This document shows, piece by piece, positions 47,242 through 57,723 of a stretch of DNA of 61,073 bases; position 1 is the first letter of the stretch, and every line of letters starts with the position of its first letter. Source of the stretch: Candidatus Omnitrophota bacterium. Its GTDB lineage: Bacteria > Omnitrophota > Gorgyraeia > Zapsychrales > Fredricksoniimonadaceae. Position numbers and translations under genes: made by a program. The DNA lies in assembly GCA_002753745.1 (NCBI GenBank), contig PEAR01000001.1, positions 1-61,073 on the forward strand, given 5' to 3'. Under the pieces are notes generated by a model. The model had not been told where the DNA came from. It searched no databases and saw nothing but the letters and a program-made list of their open reading frames with translations.

Positions 47242-47632
47242 TGATCTTTTCCTTGATCTTGTTTAAGATCTGCTCATTTTTAAAAGGCTTAAGAAGATAA
47301 TCATCGCACCCGCCGTCAAAGGCATCCATCCAGGATTCCTTGCTCGCGGTCAACATGATAATCGGGATCGAACTGCCGTAACCATACTTGATCCCCCGTG
47401 ATTTTTCCTCTTCCCGGATCTTTTTTAACACCTCAATGCCACTCATATCGGGCATAACAATATCAAGCAGGATAAGATCAAAAGGCGATTTGCCGATCGA
47501 ATCAAAATAAGCTTTGACCCCTTTGGTGCCATTATCAACAGTGACAACTTCAAACTGATCGCCTTTCAGCAGATTCTTGATCAGTTTCTGATTGATAGTT
47601 TCATCGTCGATGACCAGGATCCGTTTGGGCAT
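47234..47632 (-). CDS. single-domain CheY-like response regulator
   Basis: ILVIDDE, LILLDIVMPDMSG, IIMLTA, DDYLLKPF. Confidence 0.9.
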   Translation of the reverse strand: MPKRILVIDDETINQKLIKNLLKGDQFEVVTVDNGTKGVKAYFDSIGKSPFDLILLDIVMPDMSGIEVLKKIREEEKSRGIKYGYGSSIPIIMLTASKESWMDAFDGGCDDYLLKPFKNEQILNKIKEKINV

Positions 47633-47895
47633 AAAAACTCCTTAAAATATTTTATCTTCAGGATATGATGACAGCCGAAGGACATCATCTGCTTATCCCG
47701 TAGATCATAAATTGTATTCTACATATTATGGGGCAATTATTAAGGATTCTTTTGTGTATTTTCCTCTTACACAGTCCTTTGGGCCCAAAAAAGACCGCAG
47801 AACCTATTAAACTAATCCGCCAACCAACCTCGTTAACATTTACCAATGTAATATCCCCCCTTTATATACGACCAAGTAACCAGAAAGGAGTTTGT

Positions 47896-50568
47896 ATGCC
47901 CGATGAAGAATTACCGCTGATCCCCGTAAACCAGGAAGAGCTCCATGACTGGATGGACTCCCTGGACTATGTTTTAAAGAATGAAACGCCCGAGCAGGTC
48001 CAATACATCCTGCAGCAGTTGCAAATACGCGCCCAGGAAAACGGCATCACAGCTCCTTTTACCTACAACACGCCCTATATCAACACTATCCCCCTGAACA
48101 AACAACCGCCCTTTCCCGGCGACAGGATCATGGAACGGCAGATCAAGAACATCATCCGCTGGAATGCCATGGCCATGGTCATCCGCGCCAATAAACATGA
48201 AGCCGGGATCGGCGGGCACATTTCATCCTTTGCCTCCGCGGCAACACTGTACGAGATCGCGTTCAATCATTTTATCCATGGCAAGCAGGAAAACGGCTGC
48301 GGCGACATGGTTTATATCCAGGGGCATTCATCCCCAGGCATTTACGCCCGGGCTTTTCTGGAAGGGCGTCTGTCGCAGGAACAGCTGGAAAATTTCCGGC
48401 GGGAACTGGCCAAAGGCGGCGGGCTTTCATCCTACCCTCACCCGTGGCTCATGCCGTCATTCTGGGAATTTCCGACGGTGTCGATGGGGCTGGGGCCCAT
48501 CATGGCCATTTACCAGGCCCGGTTCAATAAATACCTGGAAAATCGCGGGCTCAAGAAACCGGGCAATGAGAAAGTCTGGGCCTTTCTGGGTGACGGCGAG
48601 GTTGATGAACCGGAATCGCTCGGGGCCATTACTCTCGCCTCCCGCGAAAAACTGGACAACCTGATCTTTGTGATCAACTGCAATCTCCAGCGGCTGGACG
48701 GGCCAGTGCGCGGCAATGGCAAGATCATCCAGGAACTGGAAGCCAATTTCCGCGGGGCGGGCTGGAATGTGATCAAGGTCATCTGGGGCGCTGACTGGGA
48801 TCCACTGCTTGAAAAAGATACCCAGGGACTGCTGGCCCGGCGCATGGCGGAGATCGTCGATGGAGAATATCAGAAATATGTCGTTGAATCCGGTAAATAC
48901 ATCCGCGAGCATTTCTTCGGCAAAGACCCCCGGCTGCTGGCCATGGTGGCCCATCTCAATGATCAGCAATTGGAAACGATGCGCCGCGGCGGGCATGACC
49001 CGGAGAAAGTCTATGCTGCATTTAAAGCCGCCTCGGAATTCAAGGGTGCGCCAACTGTCGTGCTGGCCAAGACCATCAAAGGCTATGGCCTGGGCGAAAG
49101 CGGTGAAGGCAAAAACATCACCCATCAACAGAAAAAACTGAACCTGGAAGAACTCCAAGAGTTTCGTTCACGGTTCAGCGTCCCGGTCCCGGACAATGCC
49201 ATTGAAGATGCGCCCTTTTATCGCCCGGCAGATGATTCTCCCGAGATCCGCTACCTCAAGGAATGCCGGCGTAAGCTCGGCGGTCCCAGCCCTTCGCGGC
49301 GTGAAAAAACAGTCCCCCTCCCCGTCCCCGGCGATGAGGTGTTCGAAGAATTTTATAAAGGCACGGAGGGGCGCGAGGTATCCACGACCATGGCCTATGT
49401 CCGGATCCTTTCCAAGCTGCTCCAGAATATCCATATCGGAAAGTATATCGTGCCCATCATCCCCGACGAAGCGCGCACCTTCGGGATGGAAACTTTCTTC
49501 CGGCAGTTCGGGATCTATGCCAGCACCGGGCAGCTGTACGAACCGGTCGATTCGGAAAGCCTGATCTACTACAAAGAGAGCAAGAACGGCCAGATCCTGG
49601 AAGAAGGGATCAATGAAGCCGGGTCCATGTCATCGTTCATCGCGGCGGGAACAGCTTACTCCACCCACAATATCCCGATGATCCCGTTCTACACCTATTA
49701 TTCGATGTTTGGACCTCAGCGGATCGGCGACCTGATCTGGGCATCGGCCGACCTGCGCTGCCGGGGATTTCTGGTAGGCGCCACCTCCGGACGCACCACC
49801 CTTAACGGTGAAGGGTTGCAGCATCAGGACGGTCACAGCCATATCCTGCTGTCAACAGTACCAACCCTTAAATCCTATGATCCGGCTTTTGCTTATGAGA
49901 TCGCGGTGATCATTAAAGAAGGCCTGAAAAGAATGTATACCGACCAGGATTCCTGCTCGTATTACTTAAGCGTCAGCAATGAGAATTACGCCCAGCCGGT
50001 CATGCCGGAGAATGTCTTCGAGGGGATCATTAAGGGCGCTTATCTCTTTAAGAGATCCGAAAGGCAGTCTCCCCTGGTTGCCAATTTACTGGGCAGCGGA
50101 TCGATCATGAATCAGGTCCTGGCCGCTCAAAAGATCCTGGAAGAAAAATTCAACGTAACCGCTAATGTCTACAGTGTGACCAGTTACAATGAATTGCGTC
50201 GTGAGGCGCTCACCATTGAACGTGATAACATGCTTAAACCTTTTGCCGACCAGCGCAACCCGTATATTACAACATTACTTGAAAAAACACCGGGTGTGGT
50301 GGTAGCCGCTTCCGATTACATGAAAGCACTGCCCGATTCAATACGGCCATGGGTCCCGGCATCCATGCTCACGCTCGGGACCGACGGCTTCGGACGCAGC
50401 GAATCCCGGGAAGCTTTGCGCGATTTCTTTGAAGTTGACGCCAAACACATTGTCTGGGCGGCACTTGTCCTTTTATACCGGGCTAAAACGATCTCCGGGA
50501 CGCTCTTATCCGACGCGCTGCAAGAGCTGGGGATCAACCCGGAAAAAGCCAACCCCATGACATCATAG
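47896..50568 (+). CDS. aceE: pyruvate dehydrogenase E1 component (homodimeric AceE type)
   Basis: RWNAMAMV, GGHISSFAS, GDGE.DEPES, LQRLDGPVRGNGKIIQELE. Start set at ATG 47896 (SD AAAGGAG). Confidence 0.95.
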   Translation: MPDEELPLIPVNQEELHDWMDSLDYVLKNETPEQVQYILQQLQIRAQENGITAPFTYNTPYINTIPLNKQPPFPGDRIMERQIKNIIRWNAMAMVIRANKHEAGIGGHISSFASAATLYEIAFNHFIHGKQENGCGDMVYIQGHSSPGIYARAFLEGRLSQEQLENFRRELAKGGGLSSYPHPWLMPSFWEFPTVSMGLGPIMAIYQARFNKYLENRGLKKPGNEKVWAFLGDGEVDEPESLGAITLASREKLDNLIFVINCNLQRLDGPVRGNGKIIQELEANFRGAGWNVIKVIWGADWDPLLEKDTQGLLARRMAEIVDGEYQKYVVESGKYIREHFFGKDPRLLAMVAHLNDQQLETMRRGGHDPEKVYAAFKAASEFKGAPTVVLAKTIKGYGLGESGEGKNITHQQKKLNLEELQEFRSRFSVPVPDNAIEDAPFYRPADDSPEIRYLKECRRKLGGPSPSRREKTVPLPVPGDEVFEEFYKGTEGREVSTTMAYVRILSKLLQNIHIGKYIVPIIPDEARTFGMETFFRQFGIYASTGQLYEPVDSESLIYYKESKNGQILEEGINEAGSMSSFIAAGTAYSTHNIPMIPFYTYYSMFGPQRIGDLIWASADLRCRGFLVGATSGRTTLNGEGLQHQDGHSHILLSTVPTLKSYDPAFAYEIAVIIKEGLKRMYTDQDSCSYYLSVSNENYAQPVMPENVFEGIIKGAYLFKRSERQSPLVANLLGSGSIMNQVLAAQKILEEKFNVTANVYSVTSYNELRREALTIERDNMLKPFADQRNPYITTLLEKTPGVVVAASDYMKALPDSIRPWVPASMLTLGTDGFGRSESREALRDFFEVDAKHIVWAALVLLYRAKTISGTLLSDALQELGINPEKANPMTS

Positions 50569-50580
50569 GAAACAAAATAT

Positions 50581-51924
50581 ATGGCCGACATCCTCGTCCC
50601 TCAGCTCAGCGAAAACATTACCTCCGGCACCGTGACGAAAATTTCGGTCAATGTCGGTGAAGCTGTAACCAAAGGACAAACTCTGTTCGAACTTGAAACG
50701 GAAAAGGCCGTGCTGGAAGTGCCCTCACCGGAGAACGGCACAGTTGAAGCAATTTTGATCAAGGTTGGCGACCCGGTCAGCCCCGGACAGGCGGCCTTTC
50801 GTTTCGGCGGCGCAACAACCGCGGCCGTTCCAACGGCAAGTGCTCCGGCGGCCGTTTCTACAGTCGTGCCGGCAGCCGCGCCAGCGCCCGCACCCGTGCC
50901 CTTGCCGCAAACAGCTGCGGCTAAACCACAAGCCGAAACCCCACCCCCTCCGGCACCGCCGACCACCAATGTGGCCGCAGCGCCGTCGGTACGTCATTTT
51001 GCGCGAGAACTTGGAATAAACATCACCGAAGTCCCTTCGACGAACGAACACCATCGCATTTCCATTGACGATGTCAAAACCTATGCCAAACACTTGCTTT
51101 CAACAATTCCTGGTAGCGAATACACGCTTCATGCAAACGCGCAGCGAGCGGGTGACGCCGGAGGCGGGGCCCCCGGTCGCCCGCAGTCAACGAAGTTAGA
51201 CGAGGACGAACGGGGTGCCGCAGGCGGCAGGACCCGTGAGCGATCAAGCGTAACTAAAATGACGGCCATCCGCCTGAAGACCGCGGAACACATGGCCCGC
51301 AGCTGGTCAACTATCCCGCATGTCACCCAGTTTGCCAACGCCGACATCACGGAAGTGGATAAGCTCCGTCAAAAATCATCAACACCGGAACTTAAACTGA
51401 CCATTACCCCTTTTGTCATCAAAGTAATCGCCTCAGCCCTGAAGCATTTTCCCAAATTCAATGCCTCGATCGACATGGTAAACCAGGAAATCATCACCAA
51501 AACCTATATCAATATCGGTATTGCCGTTGACACGGTCAACGGATTGCTGGTTCCGGTCATCAAAAACGCGGATCAGAAATCCATCCTGATGATCGCCGCT
51601 GAAATGCAAACCCTCGCTGAAAAAGCCCGCGCACGTAAACTGACCCTGGATGACATGCAGGGAGGCACGTTCACGGTCACCAACCTTGGCGGGATCACCA
51701 GCGGCCATTTCACCCCCATCATCAACGCGCCGGAATCAGCTATTTTAGGAATTTCTCGCGCTCAGCTTTCGCCATGTTACAATAATGGCCAGGTTTGCGC
51801 TCCGCGCCTGATGCTGCCGTTAAGCCTTTCTTACGACCACCGGCTTATTGACGGCGCCGACGGTGCACGGCTCATCGAATGGATCGCTGACGCTATTGAA
51901 CAACCTTTAATGCTGGAACTTTAA
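50581..51924 (+). CDS. aceF: dihydrolipoamide acetyltransferase E2
   Basis: Lipoyl domain (LETEKAVLEVPSP), Ala/Pro linkers, E3-binding domain (PSVRHFARELGI), catalytic core ending SYDHRLIDGADGARL. Confidence 0.95.
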   Translation: MADILVPQLSENITSGTVTKISVNVGEAVTKGQTLFELETEKAVLEVPSPENGTVEAILIKVGDPVSPGQAAFRFGGATTAAVPTASAPAAVSTVVPAAAPAPAPVPLPQTAAAKPQAETPPPPAPPTTNVAAAPSVRHFARELGINITEVPSTNEHHRISIDDVKTYAKHLLSTIPGSEYTLHANAQRAGDAGGGAPGRPQSTKLDEDERGAAGGRTRERSSVTKMTAIRLKTAEHMARSWSTIPHVTQFANADITEVDKLRQKSSTPELKLTITPFVIKVIASALKHFPKFNASIDMVNQEIITKTYINIGIAVDTVNGLLVPVIKNADQKSILMIAAEMQTLAEKARARKLTLDDMQGGTFTVTNLGGITSGHFTPIINAPESAILGISRAQLSPCYNNGQVCAPRLMLPLSLSYDHRLIDGADGARLIEWIADAIEQPLMLEL

Positions 51925-51925
51925 T

Positions 51926-53341
51926 ATGGCTCTTGAAACTCAGCTTGCCATCATCGGCGCCGGACCGGGCGGTTACGCGGCCGCCTTCCATGCGGCCGAC
52001 ATGGGATTATCCGTCACCCTTATTGACCGGGACCAGAATCCCGGCGGCGTCTGCCTTTACCGCGGGTGTATCCCCTCCAAAGCGCTGTTGCACGCCGCCA
52101 GGATCATTTCCGAAGCCGAAGACGCCAAAAATATCGGTATTGATTTCGGCAAACCGGTTGTCAATATTGAAAAGCTCCGCTCCTGGAAAGAAGGGGTCGT
52201 TTCAAAACTCACCGGCGGGCTCGGCCAATTGACCAAACAGCGCAAGATCACCTATATTCAAGGTGAAGCCGCATTTTCCAGCTCCAACTCTCTGAACATT
52301 AAAAAAACCGACGGGACAACAGACACTCTTTCTTTCAAAAAAGCGATCATTGCCACCGGATCACGTCCGATCGAGCTGCCCTTCCTGCCAAAATCTCCAA
52401 AAATTTGGGATTCCACAGGAGCTTTAACACTGCCTTATGTTCCGCCCACACTGCTTATTATCGGCGGAGGATATATCGGGATGGAATTAGGCAGCGCCTA
52501 TGCCGCGCTGGGGGCAAAAGTTTCGGTGGTAGAAGCACTGCCGCAACTGTTGAGCGGCGCTGACCGCGATCTGGCGGATATTGTTATTCGCCGCCTGAAG
52601 AAAAATTTTACCAGGATCATGCTGGAAACAAAGGTCATTAAAGCTGAAGAGAATGCCGACGGCGTGATTGTCACTTTCCAGGACGCCAGGGGGCAGTCAT
52701 CCACGGAATCATTTGCCCAGGTCCTTACCTCGATCGGCCGCAAGCCTAACACCGATGGCCTGGGCCTCGAAAAAACCAAGATCAAACTCGACGCCAAAGG
52801 CTTCATCACGGTCAATGCCCAACGCTGCTCGGAGGATGAATGTCTTTACGCCATCGGCGATATTACCGGCCAGCCCATGCTGGCCCACAAGGCATCGGCT
52901 GAGGCCAAAGTCGCCGCCGAAGCCATTGCCGGACACAAAACTGCCTTTGAACCCAAAGCCATCCCGGCCGTTGTGTTTACCGACCCGGAACTCGCCTGGG
53001 CAGGGATCACTGAAACCGAAGCCAAAGCGCAGAACCTGGACATCACCGTCTTTAAATTCCCCTGGGCCGCCTCGGGCCGCGCGATGACCCTGGATCGAAT
53101 GGACGGCGTCACCAAACTCATTGCCGACACTCAAACCAAACGCATTTTAGGGATCGGCATCGCAGGCATTGGCGCAGGCGACATGATCGCGGAAGGTGTT
53201 CTCGCCATCGAAATGGGCGCCGTCGCCGAAGACCTGGCGCTTACCATCCACCCTCACCCGACACTGTCTGAAACCATCATGGAAACGGCGGAAGGGCTGT
53301 TTGGACAGCCAACGCACATTTCTCGGTCTAAGAAGATATAA
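51926..53341 (+). CDS. lpd: dihydrolipoyl dehydrogenase E3
   Basis: GAGPGGY, GGVCLYRGCIPSKALL redox disulfide, HPHPTLSE. Confidence 0.95.
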   Translation: MALETQLAIIGAGPGGYAAAFHAADMGLSVTLIDRDQNPGGVCLYRGCIPSKALLHAARIISEAEDAKNIGIDFGKPVVNIEKLRSWKEGVVSKLTGGLGQLTKQRKITYIQGEAAFSSSNSLNIKKTDGTTDTLSFKKAIIATGSRPIELPFLPKSPKIWDSTGALTLPYVPPTLLIIGGGYIGMELGSAYAALGAKVSVVEALPQLLSGADRDLADIVIRRLKKNFTRIMLETKVIKAEENADGVIVTFQDARGQSSTESFAQVLTSIGRKPNTDGLGLEKTKIKLDAKGFITVNAQRCSEDECLYAIGDITGQPMLAHKASAEAKVAAEAIAGHKTAFEPKAIPAVVFTDPELAWAGITETEAKAQNLDITVFKFPWAASGRAMTLDRMDGVTKLIADTQTKRILGIGIAGIGAGDMIAEGVLAIEMGAVAEDLALTIHPHPTLSETIMETAEGLFGQPTHISRSKKI

Positions 53342-53346
53342 CCAGC

Positions 53347-53375
53347 TAAAAACAAAACCGATCCCTTAAGGGTCG
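53347..53375 (-). terminator. weak terminator after the 1415 aa gene
   Basis: CGACCCUUAAGGGAUCG hairpin followed by GUUUUGUUUUU on the minus strand. Confidence 0.45.
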
Positions 53376-53397
53376 TCCGGGAATATACATGAATTTA

Positions 53398-56300
53398 TTA
53401 TCTAAGAAACAGATCCAGATCCTGGATCTGTTGAATACTGATAATGCGCGGCGTGAACCCGGGAGAATTTTGAAGCTGCTGGAACATGGCCGGGTCAAGA
53501 TCGAACAATATCTCCTCTCCAGAAGACCCACGGGTTTCAAGGTCCATATCGCGGCTGTTGAGGTCAATACCACCAGTATAATCAAACGGTGCCGCAGGAT
53601 CTCCGAATTGCCCCGTTCCCGAACTGGCCGGGTCCCCTGCACCTTTTAATTTCACTCCATTCTTTGACCCTGCATGAATCTTGTCAACCTCGGCCAAACC
53701 TTTTTCTTTTAATCTTTCATACTCGTAATGAAGATCTGTAACTTCAAAACCCAAACCGCCGCGAAGGCCCACGATCTCCTTGGCGAGCGCCATGATCATC
53801 GGAACATCCTGTTTCTCAATAGCCCCGTTCATCTGATCTCTTATCTTTACAAACATGGAAACCAGTTGCGTCCGTAAAATGATACGGGCCAACTGCTCCT
53901 TTAATTGCGGATCCCGAGTTTGCGGCAGTAACAGCATGGCTGACTTCATGACGGCGGCATAATGCTCGGGAAAAGTTGCCGCATGAAATGCCTCCACTAC
54001 CTCTTTTTCATACCGGTCCCACGCCTCTTGGGAATGGCGCTCCCGGCCTGAATTGGCTTTATCCCATGCCTGATACACACTAAAGAACCAGTCTTCAAAA
54101 CGCTCTGCACTTAAGAACTCTTCCGCCAGCCAATACGAACGTGCCGCGTCAACCGCGCGTTCGTAAGCTTTATCGAAAATGGCCGCCTCAAACGGCGAGT
54201 CTTTTAATCTTGATCTAATGAACGTTTCTGATCTCTCACGGGACTCAACCAACGCAATGATGGCCCCAGCAGCCGGAGTGCTTGGCTTAAAACCCGTTGT
54301 AACCCGGGCGCGTTCGCTGCTTTTAAGTTTTTCGGCCCCAAACATCTCTTCAGGAAGGTCTTTGACCGCATTTACAAGCCAATCTCTAATCTGGTTGCTC
54401 GGCATGGAAACCAGAGCACTGACCTGCACATCCGATAACGACTTTAATATGCTGCCTACCTTTGGCCCAAACCCTTCTCGCCGCGTCTGCACTGTCGGCA
54501 GGGTATAGTCGCGAAAAAAATGATGCAGCCGGATCACAGCGCTTTCCCGCTTAAACAGGTGAAGAAGCTCATCTCTCTCATCAGACGTCAGTTCGTGCGG
54601 TGCGTTCAGGGCCTTAACGACCAGCGGCAGGTCCCAGTTCGAAGACTCCACGGGGCGTTCAATGTTACCCCGCTTAAAACCGGTCGCTTTTTCTGTCTCA
54701 TCCATGGCTGACAGCAGCCCCCGTTCATGCTGATACCCCCTGTAAACAACAATCTTGGCGCCAGGATAAGCCCTCATCAAGAAACTGCTCTGACGGGCCA
54801 GAGCTTCATCGCGGATCTCATTTGATATTTTCATATATTTGATCGAATCAAGATGCGCTGTAAAATACGCTTCATCATCTCGCTTTTCCAGAGCTTCACT
54901 CGCTCGCTCGCTCGCTTGAAAAGCCCGTTTGGCCCAAACCGCACTATGAGCAGGCGCCATTTCATTAACCGCCATGATCCCCGGATGAGACGTATATGTA
55001 TTGAGCGCCTGTCCGGCGACTTCCGCGGCATAGGGGTTATGGAGTAAATATCTAGCTTCGTGCAGGGCGGTCGGCAAGCCGCTGACAACCGTAAACTTAG
55101 CATCACTGCTGCCCGTCCTGTCATCTGTCCGCTTCTGGACCAGATCTGTTACCAGATCCGGGGATGTCAAAAGCGCCGGATTAATTTCATCCAGGATCCC
55201 GAGATCAGGGGCAGATTCGTACAGCAGAATAACCTGACTATTCTCTAAACGAACCTTGGCCAGATAGTCAGCAAAGCGAAGCTGTTCTTCCGGATAATGC
55301 GAAACAAAATAATAATCGATCGAACTCGAACCCGGCGGCGACTGAAGAAATGACCGGAAAGGAACGGAGCGTTCAAGAATATAGCTGTGAAAGTCGTCCA
55401 CCGTCTTGATCCGACCTTCCTTGACAGCCTCCCTGGCATCCGACGATAGCGCACGCAGGTCATCATCAGCAGGCACAGTCCGGCCATTGGCGAAAAGCAT
55501 CCGTCTGATAAAATCAGGGTCCAGCTTTGCCGCCATCGTCCCGATGGGCGCGGGCTTGACCGTTGGTTCAAATGTAAACGTTGTGCCGGGAAGCTTGTCC
55601 ATAGACCGAATAACGAGCGTCAGTTCCTTGTCCAGACCCTCATCTCTGCGATTGCCTTGCTCGCTTGTTACATATCCAAACCCATCCACTCCTTTAAAAA
55701 TGATTATTGGCTCAGCTGTAATAACTCCTTGTGTATCCTGATAAAAGGATCCAGTAAACTGAATACCCTCCACCGTTGAAGACACCCGGAACAGATGATT
55801 CACCCTGTCGATCTCTGGATCCAATAGAAATGGCCTGGCCGTCGACGAAGGTGATTCTCCAAAATAGGAGGGATGCACGCTGGACATCGTTCGGGAGCGG
55901 TTCCGCGGCAAAGGGATACCATAAAACCTGACCGCGCCTTGCTCCTGCACAACCGTGATCGCCAACCCCTCTTTGTTATCTTTTCTCTCGACAATGCCGC
56001 AGGCCTGGATCTGACCGTACGTCTGCAGCTTCACCCCGGCCGCTTCCAGCGCCTCGGCAGCATATAACCGCAGGTAGGTCACGTTCAGCGCGTCTTCCGC
56101 GACCATAAAGCCATAATCAAGCGGCGCCTCTTCCGAAAAAAGACTCCTGATAACCAATGCCGGATAATTGCGAAATTTAAACCAGGCACTATCCTGGTCT
56201 TTTCCCGAACTTAAAATTTGCCCTGCAGCTTCGGCCAGTTGATGCTTAGCATGACTGATATTCTCCGCTGTCACAGGCATGTCCGCCGGCAGGGTCGCAG

Positions 56301-57618
56301 CATATTCCGGCACCGTCAACCAAATCCTCCCGGCGACGGCCAAACCTGTAACAATACCCGATAACACCGCCAATTTCTTCCCTGTAACCATAGCGGCATT
56401 GGTTCTCAGATCAAATCCCGGCATTCCCGGGGCGCCGCTCCCGGCTCCCTTGCCTGGAAGCAGCTTCGACGGCTGCGAAAAAACCAGCACAGCCGCCACA
56501 TCCAGCATTTGACCCTTGTTAAGCGTCATGACTCCGTCGCGAGTGCTAACGACGCTCATCGCCTGGTTGAGTGCCAGCGAACATCCCCCGGAAAAGTATC
56601 TTCGCGGGATCGTTTCAGCATTTAAAACATCTTGTTCCTCCTTAATGTAGTTATAGGCTCCTTTCTTGAATGCCTCGACGTAACGCTGCCAAATCTGTTC
56701 GGCTTCTTTGGGATCATTAACATGAACTCCCAAAATCTTGTTCTGATCAACATAACCCCGGCTCAACAAACTACGTGACATCTTCTTCTTGAACCATGCC
56801 GCAAGAATAACCGATTGATAAACCTGGCGCAGCTGGACAAAACCCTTCCCCTCATTGACTTCTTTTTCAAGAATGGGCACAATGATCTCACGGAGAACCG
56901 CCGCAGTTATCCCGTCTTGAGATGCCGCCGGTTGTTCCAGGGCACGCGGCCCCCCTTCCCCTGCCGCATTACTCTCAAGAGCCTTGTAATCCGTATCCAG
57001 CATGACCTTGAGCCGGCTTTCCACAACATACGCCGTTCCCGCACCAGCATTCTCATAGACCACAGCCCTGTCAGGAATAATCCAGACTTTATTGAACATA
57101 TCGACCGGCACATCTGTTGTTCCATATTTCTCAAATGCGGCCTTGTATACTTTTGCCCAAAACTTCTTTCCGGACTCACCCTCCGGATAAGTCACAGATG
57201 AAGTGATCTGCTTAAGCAGATAATCCTGTGCCAAAAGATCGCGCCCCATTTCCGTCCGGCCGAAAGCCTCCGGCACAATGCGGTCTTTTTCATACGGGGA
57301 GAGGTTAACCCAAAGATCTTTCTCGGGAACGGTAAGCGAGGTGAGGAAATATTTGATAAGACGGGTGGATTCGACCTGAAACGAATCTCCCGAACGGGCA
57401 TCTCCCCGATCGAGTATAAAATTAAAACGGAAGGGATCATCGCGATACACTTTGATGCCCTTAAGAACCGGAGGATTAAACGGCTGACTTAAGGGCACCA
57501 TGATTCCGGGCGCAGATAGATCATGCACCCCCTGGGCATATGCAGGAGCAAAACTTGCGCTCACGAACGCCGCCAATGTTATGCCGCCAATAATCTGTTT
57601 AAAAAAGATCCGATCCAT
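53398..57618 (-). CDS. ~1406 aa signal-peptide protein: shared N-module + ~1000 aa uncharacterised region + shared GGIDL C-module
   Basis: The ORF is open to GTG 57645. The ATG at 57618 gives MDRIFFKQIIGGITLAAFVSASFAPAYAQ. The N- and C-modules align with the other two family members. Confidence 0.9.
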   Translation of the reverse strand: MDRIFFKQIIGGITLAAFVSASFAPAYAQGVHDLSAPGIMVPLSQPFNPPVLKGIKVYRDDPFRFNFILDRGDARSGDSFQVESTRLIKYFLTSLTVPEKDLWVNLSPYEKDRIVPEAFGRTEMGRDLLAQDYLLKQITSSVTYPEGESGKKFWAKVYKAAFEKYGTTDVPVDMFNKVWIIPDRAVVYENAGAGTAYVVESRLKVMLDTDYKALESNAAGEGGPRALEQPAASQDGITAAVLREIIVPILEKEVNEGKGFVQLRQVYQSVILAAWFKKKMSRSLLSRGYVDQNKILGVHVNDPKEAEQIWQRYVEAFKKGAYNYIKEEQDVLNAETIPRRYFSGGCSLALNQAMSVVSTRDGVMTLNKGQMLDVAAVLVFSQPSKLLPGKGAGSGAPGMPGFDLRTNAAMVTGKKLAVLSGIVTGLAVAGRIWLTVPEYAATLPADMPVTAENISHAKHQLAEAAGQILSSGKDQDSAWFKFRNYPALVIRSLFSEEAPLDYGFMVAEDALNVTYLRLYAAEALEAAGVKLQTYGQIQACGIVERKDNKEGLAITVVQEQGAVRFYGIPLPRNRSRTMSSVHPSYFGESPSSTARPFLLDPEIDRVNHLFRVSSTVEGIQFTGSFYQDTQGVITAEPIIIFKGVDGFGYVTSEQGNRRDEGLDKELTLVIRSMDKLPGTTFTFEPTVKPAPIGTMAAKLDPDFIRRMLFANGRTVPADDDLRALSSDAREAVKEGRIKTVDDFHSYILERSVPFRSFLQSPPGSSSIDYYFVSHYPEEQLRFADYLAKVRLENSQVILLYESAPDLGILDEINPALLTSPDLVTDLVQKRTDDRTGSSDAKFTVVSGLPTALHEARYLLHNPYAAEVAGQALNTYTSHPGIMAVNEMAPAHSAVWAKRAFQASERASEALEKRDDEAYFTAHLDSIKYMKISNEIRDEALARQSSFLMRAYPGAKIVVYRGYQHERGLLSAMDETEKATGFKRGNIERPVESSNWDLPLVVKALNAPHELTSDERDELLHLFKRESAVIRLHHFFRDYTLPTVQTRREGFGPKVGSILKSLSDVQVSALVSMPSNQIRDWLVNAVKDLPEEMFGAEKLKSSERARVTTGFKPSTPAAGAIIALVESRERSETFIRSRLKDSPFEAAIFDKAYERAVDAARSYWLAEEFLSAERFEDWFFSVYQAWDKANSGRERHSQEAWDRYEKEVVEAFHAATFPEHYAAVMKSAMLLLPQTRDPQLKEQLARIILRTQLVSMFVKIRDQMNGAIEKQDVPMIMALAKEIVGLRGGLGFEVTDLHYEYERLKEKGLAEVDKIHAGSKNGVKLKGAGDPASSGTGQFGDPAAPFDYTGGIDLNSRDMDLETRGSSGEEILFDLDPAMFQQLQNSPGFTPRIISIQQIQDLDLFLR
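53401..53577 (-). other. shared C-module
   Basis: TGGIDLNSRDMDLETRGSSGEEILFDLDPAMFQQLQNSPGFTPRIISIQ. Confidence 0.8.
56584..57531 (-). other. shared N-module
   Basis: ESTRLIKYFLTSLTVPEKDLWVNLSPYEKDRIVPEAFGRTEMGRDLLAQDYLLKQITSS...RRYFSGG. Confidence 0.85.
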
Positions 57619-57723
57619 ACCTTGCCCTTTTGCATTCTTAGACACAAAGCCACACCGCTATAGGAAGTATACACTGTAAAATACTGGAATACTATGATGG
57701 GTGATTTATGGAGAACGGGCAGG

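Noticed and set aside
47633-47895. The hairpin GATGATG-N12-CATCATC and the upstream ORF extension of aceE from 47728.
   Set aside because: No U-tract or conserved motif is present. The aceE start at 47896 has a strong SD, and the upstream 56 codons look non-coding.
48164-49564. Off-frame and antisense ORFs within aceE (for example 48164-48664 and 48457-49158).
   Set aside because: The aceE frame shows continuous E1 motifs. The alternative ORFs are Arg/Pro/Trp-rich and have no start signals.
50601-51093. Gly/Ala/Arg-rich ORFs antisense to, or off-frame within, the E2 gene.
   Set aside because: They are artefacts of the GC-rich Ala/Pro linker region of the dihydrolipoamide acetyltransferase.
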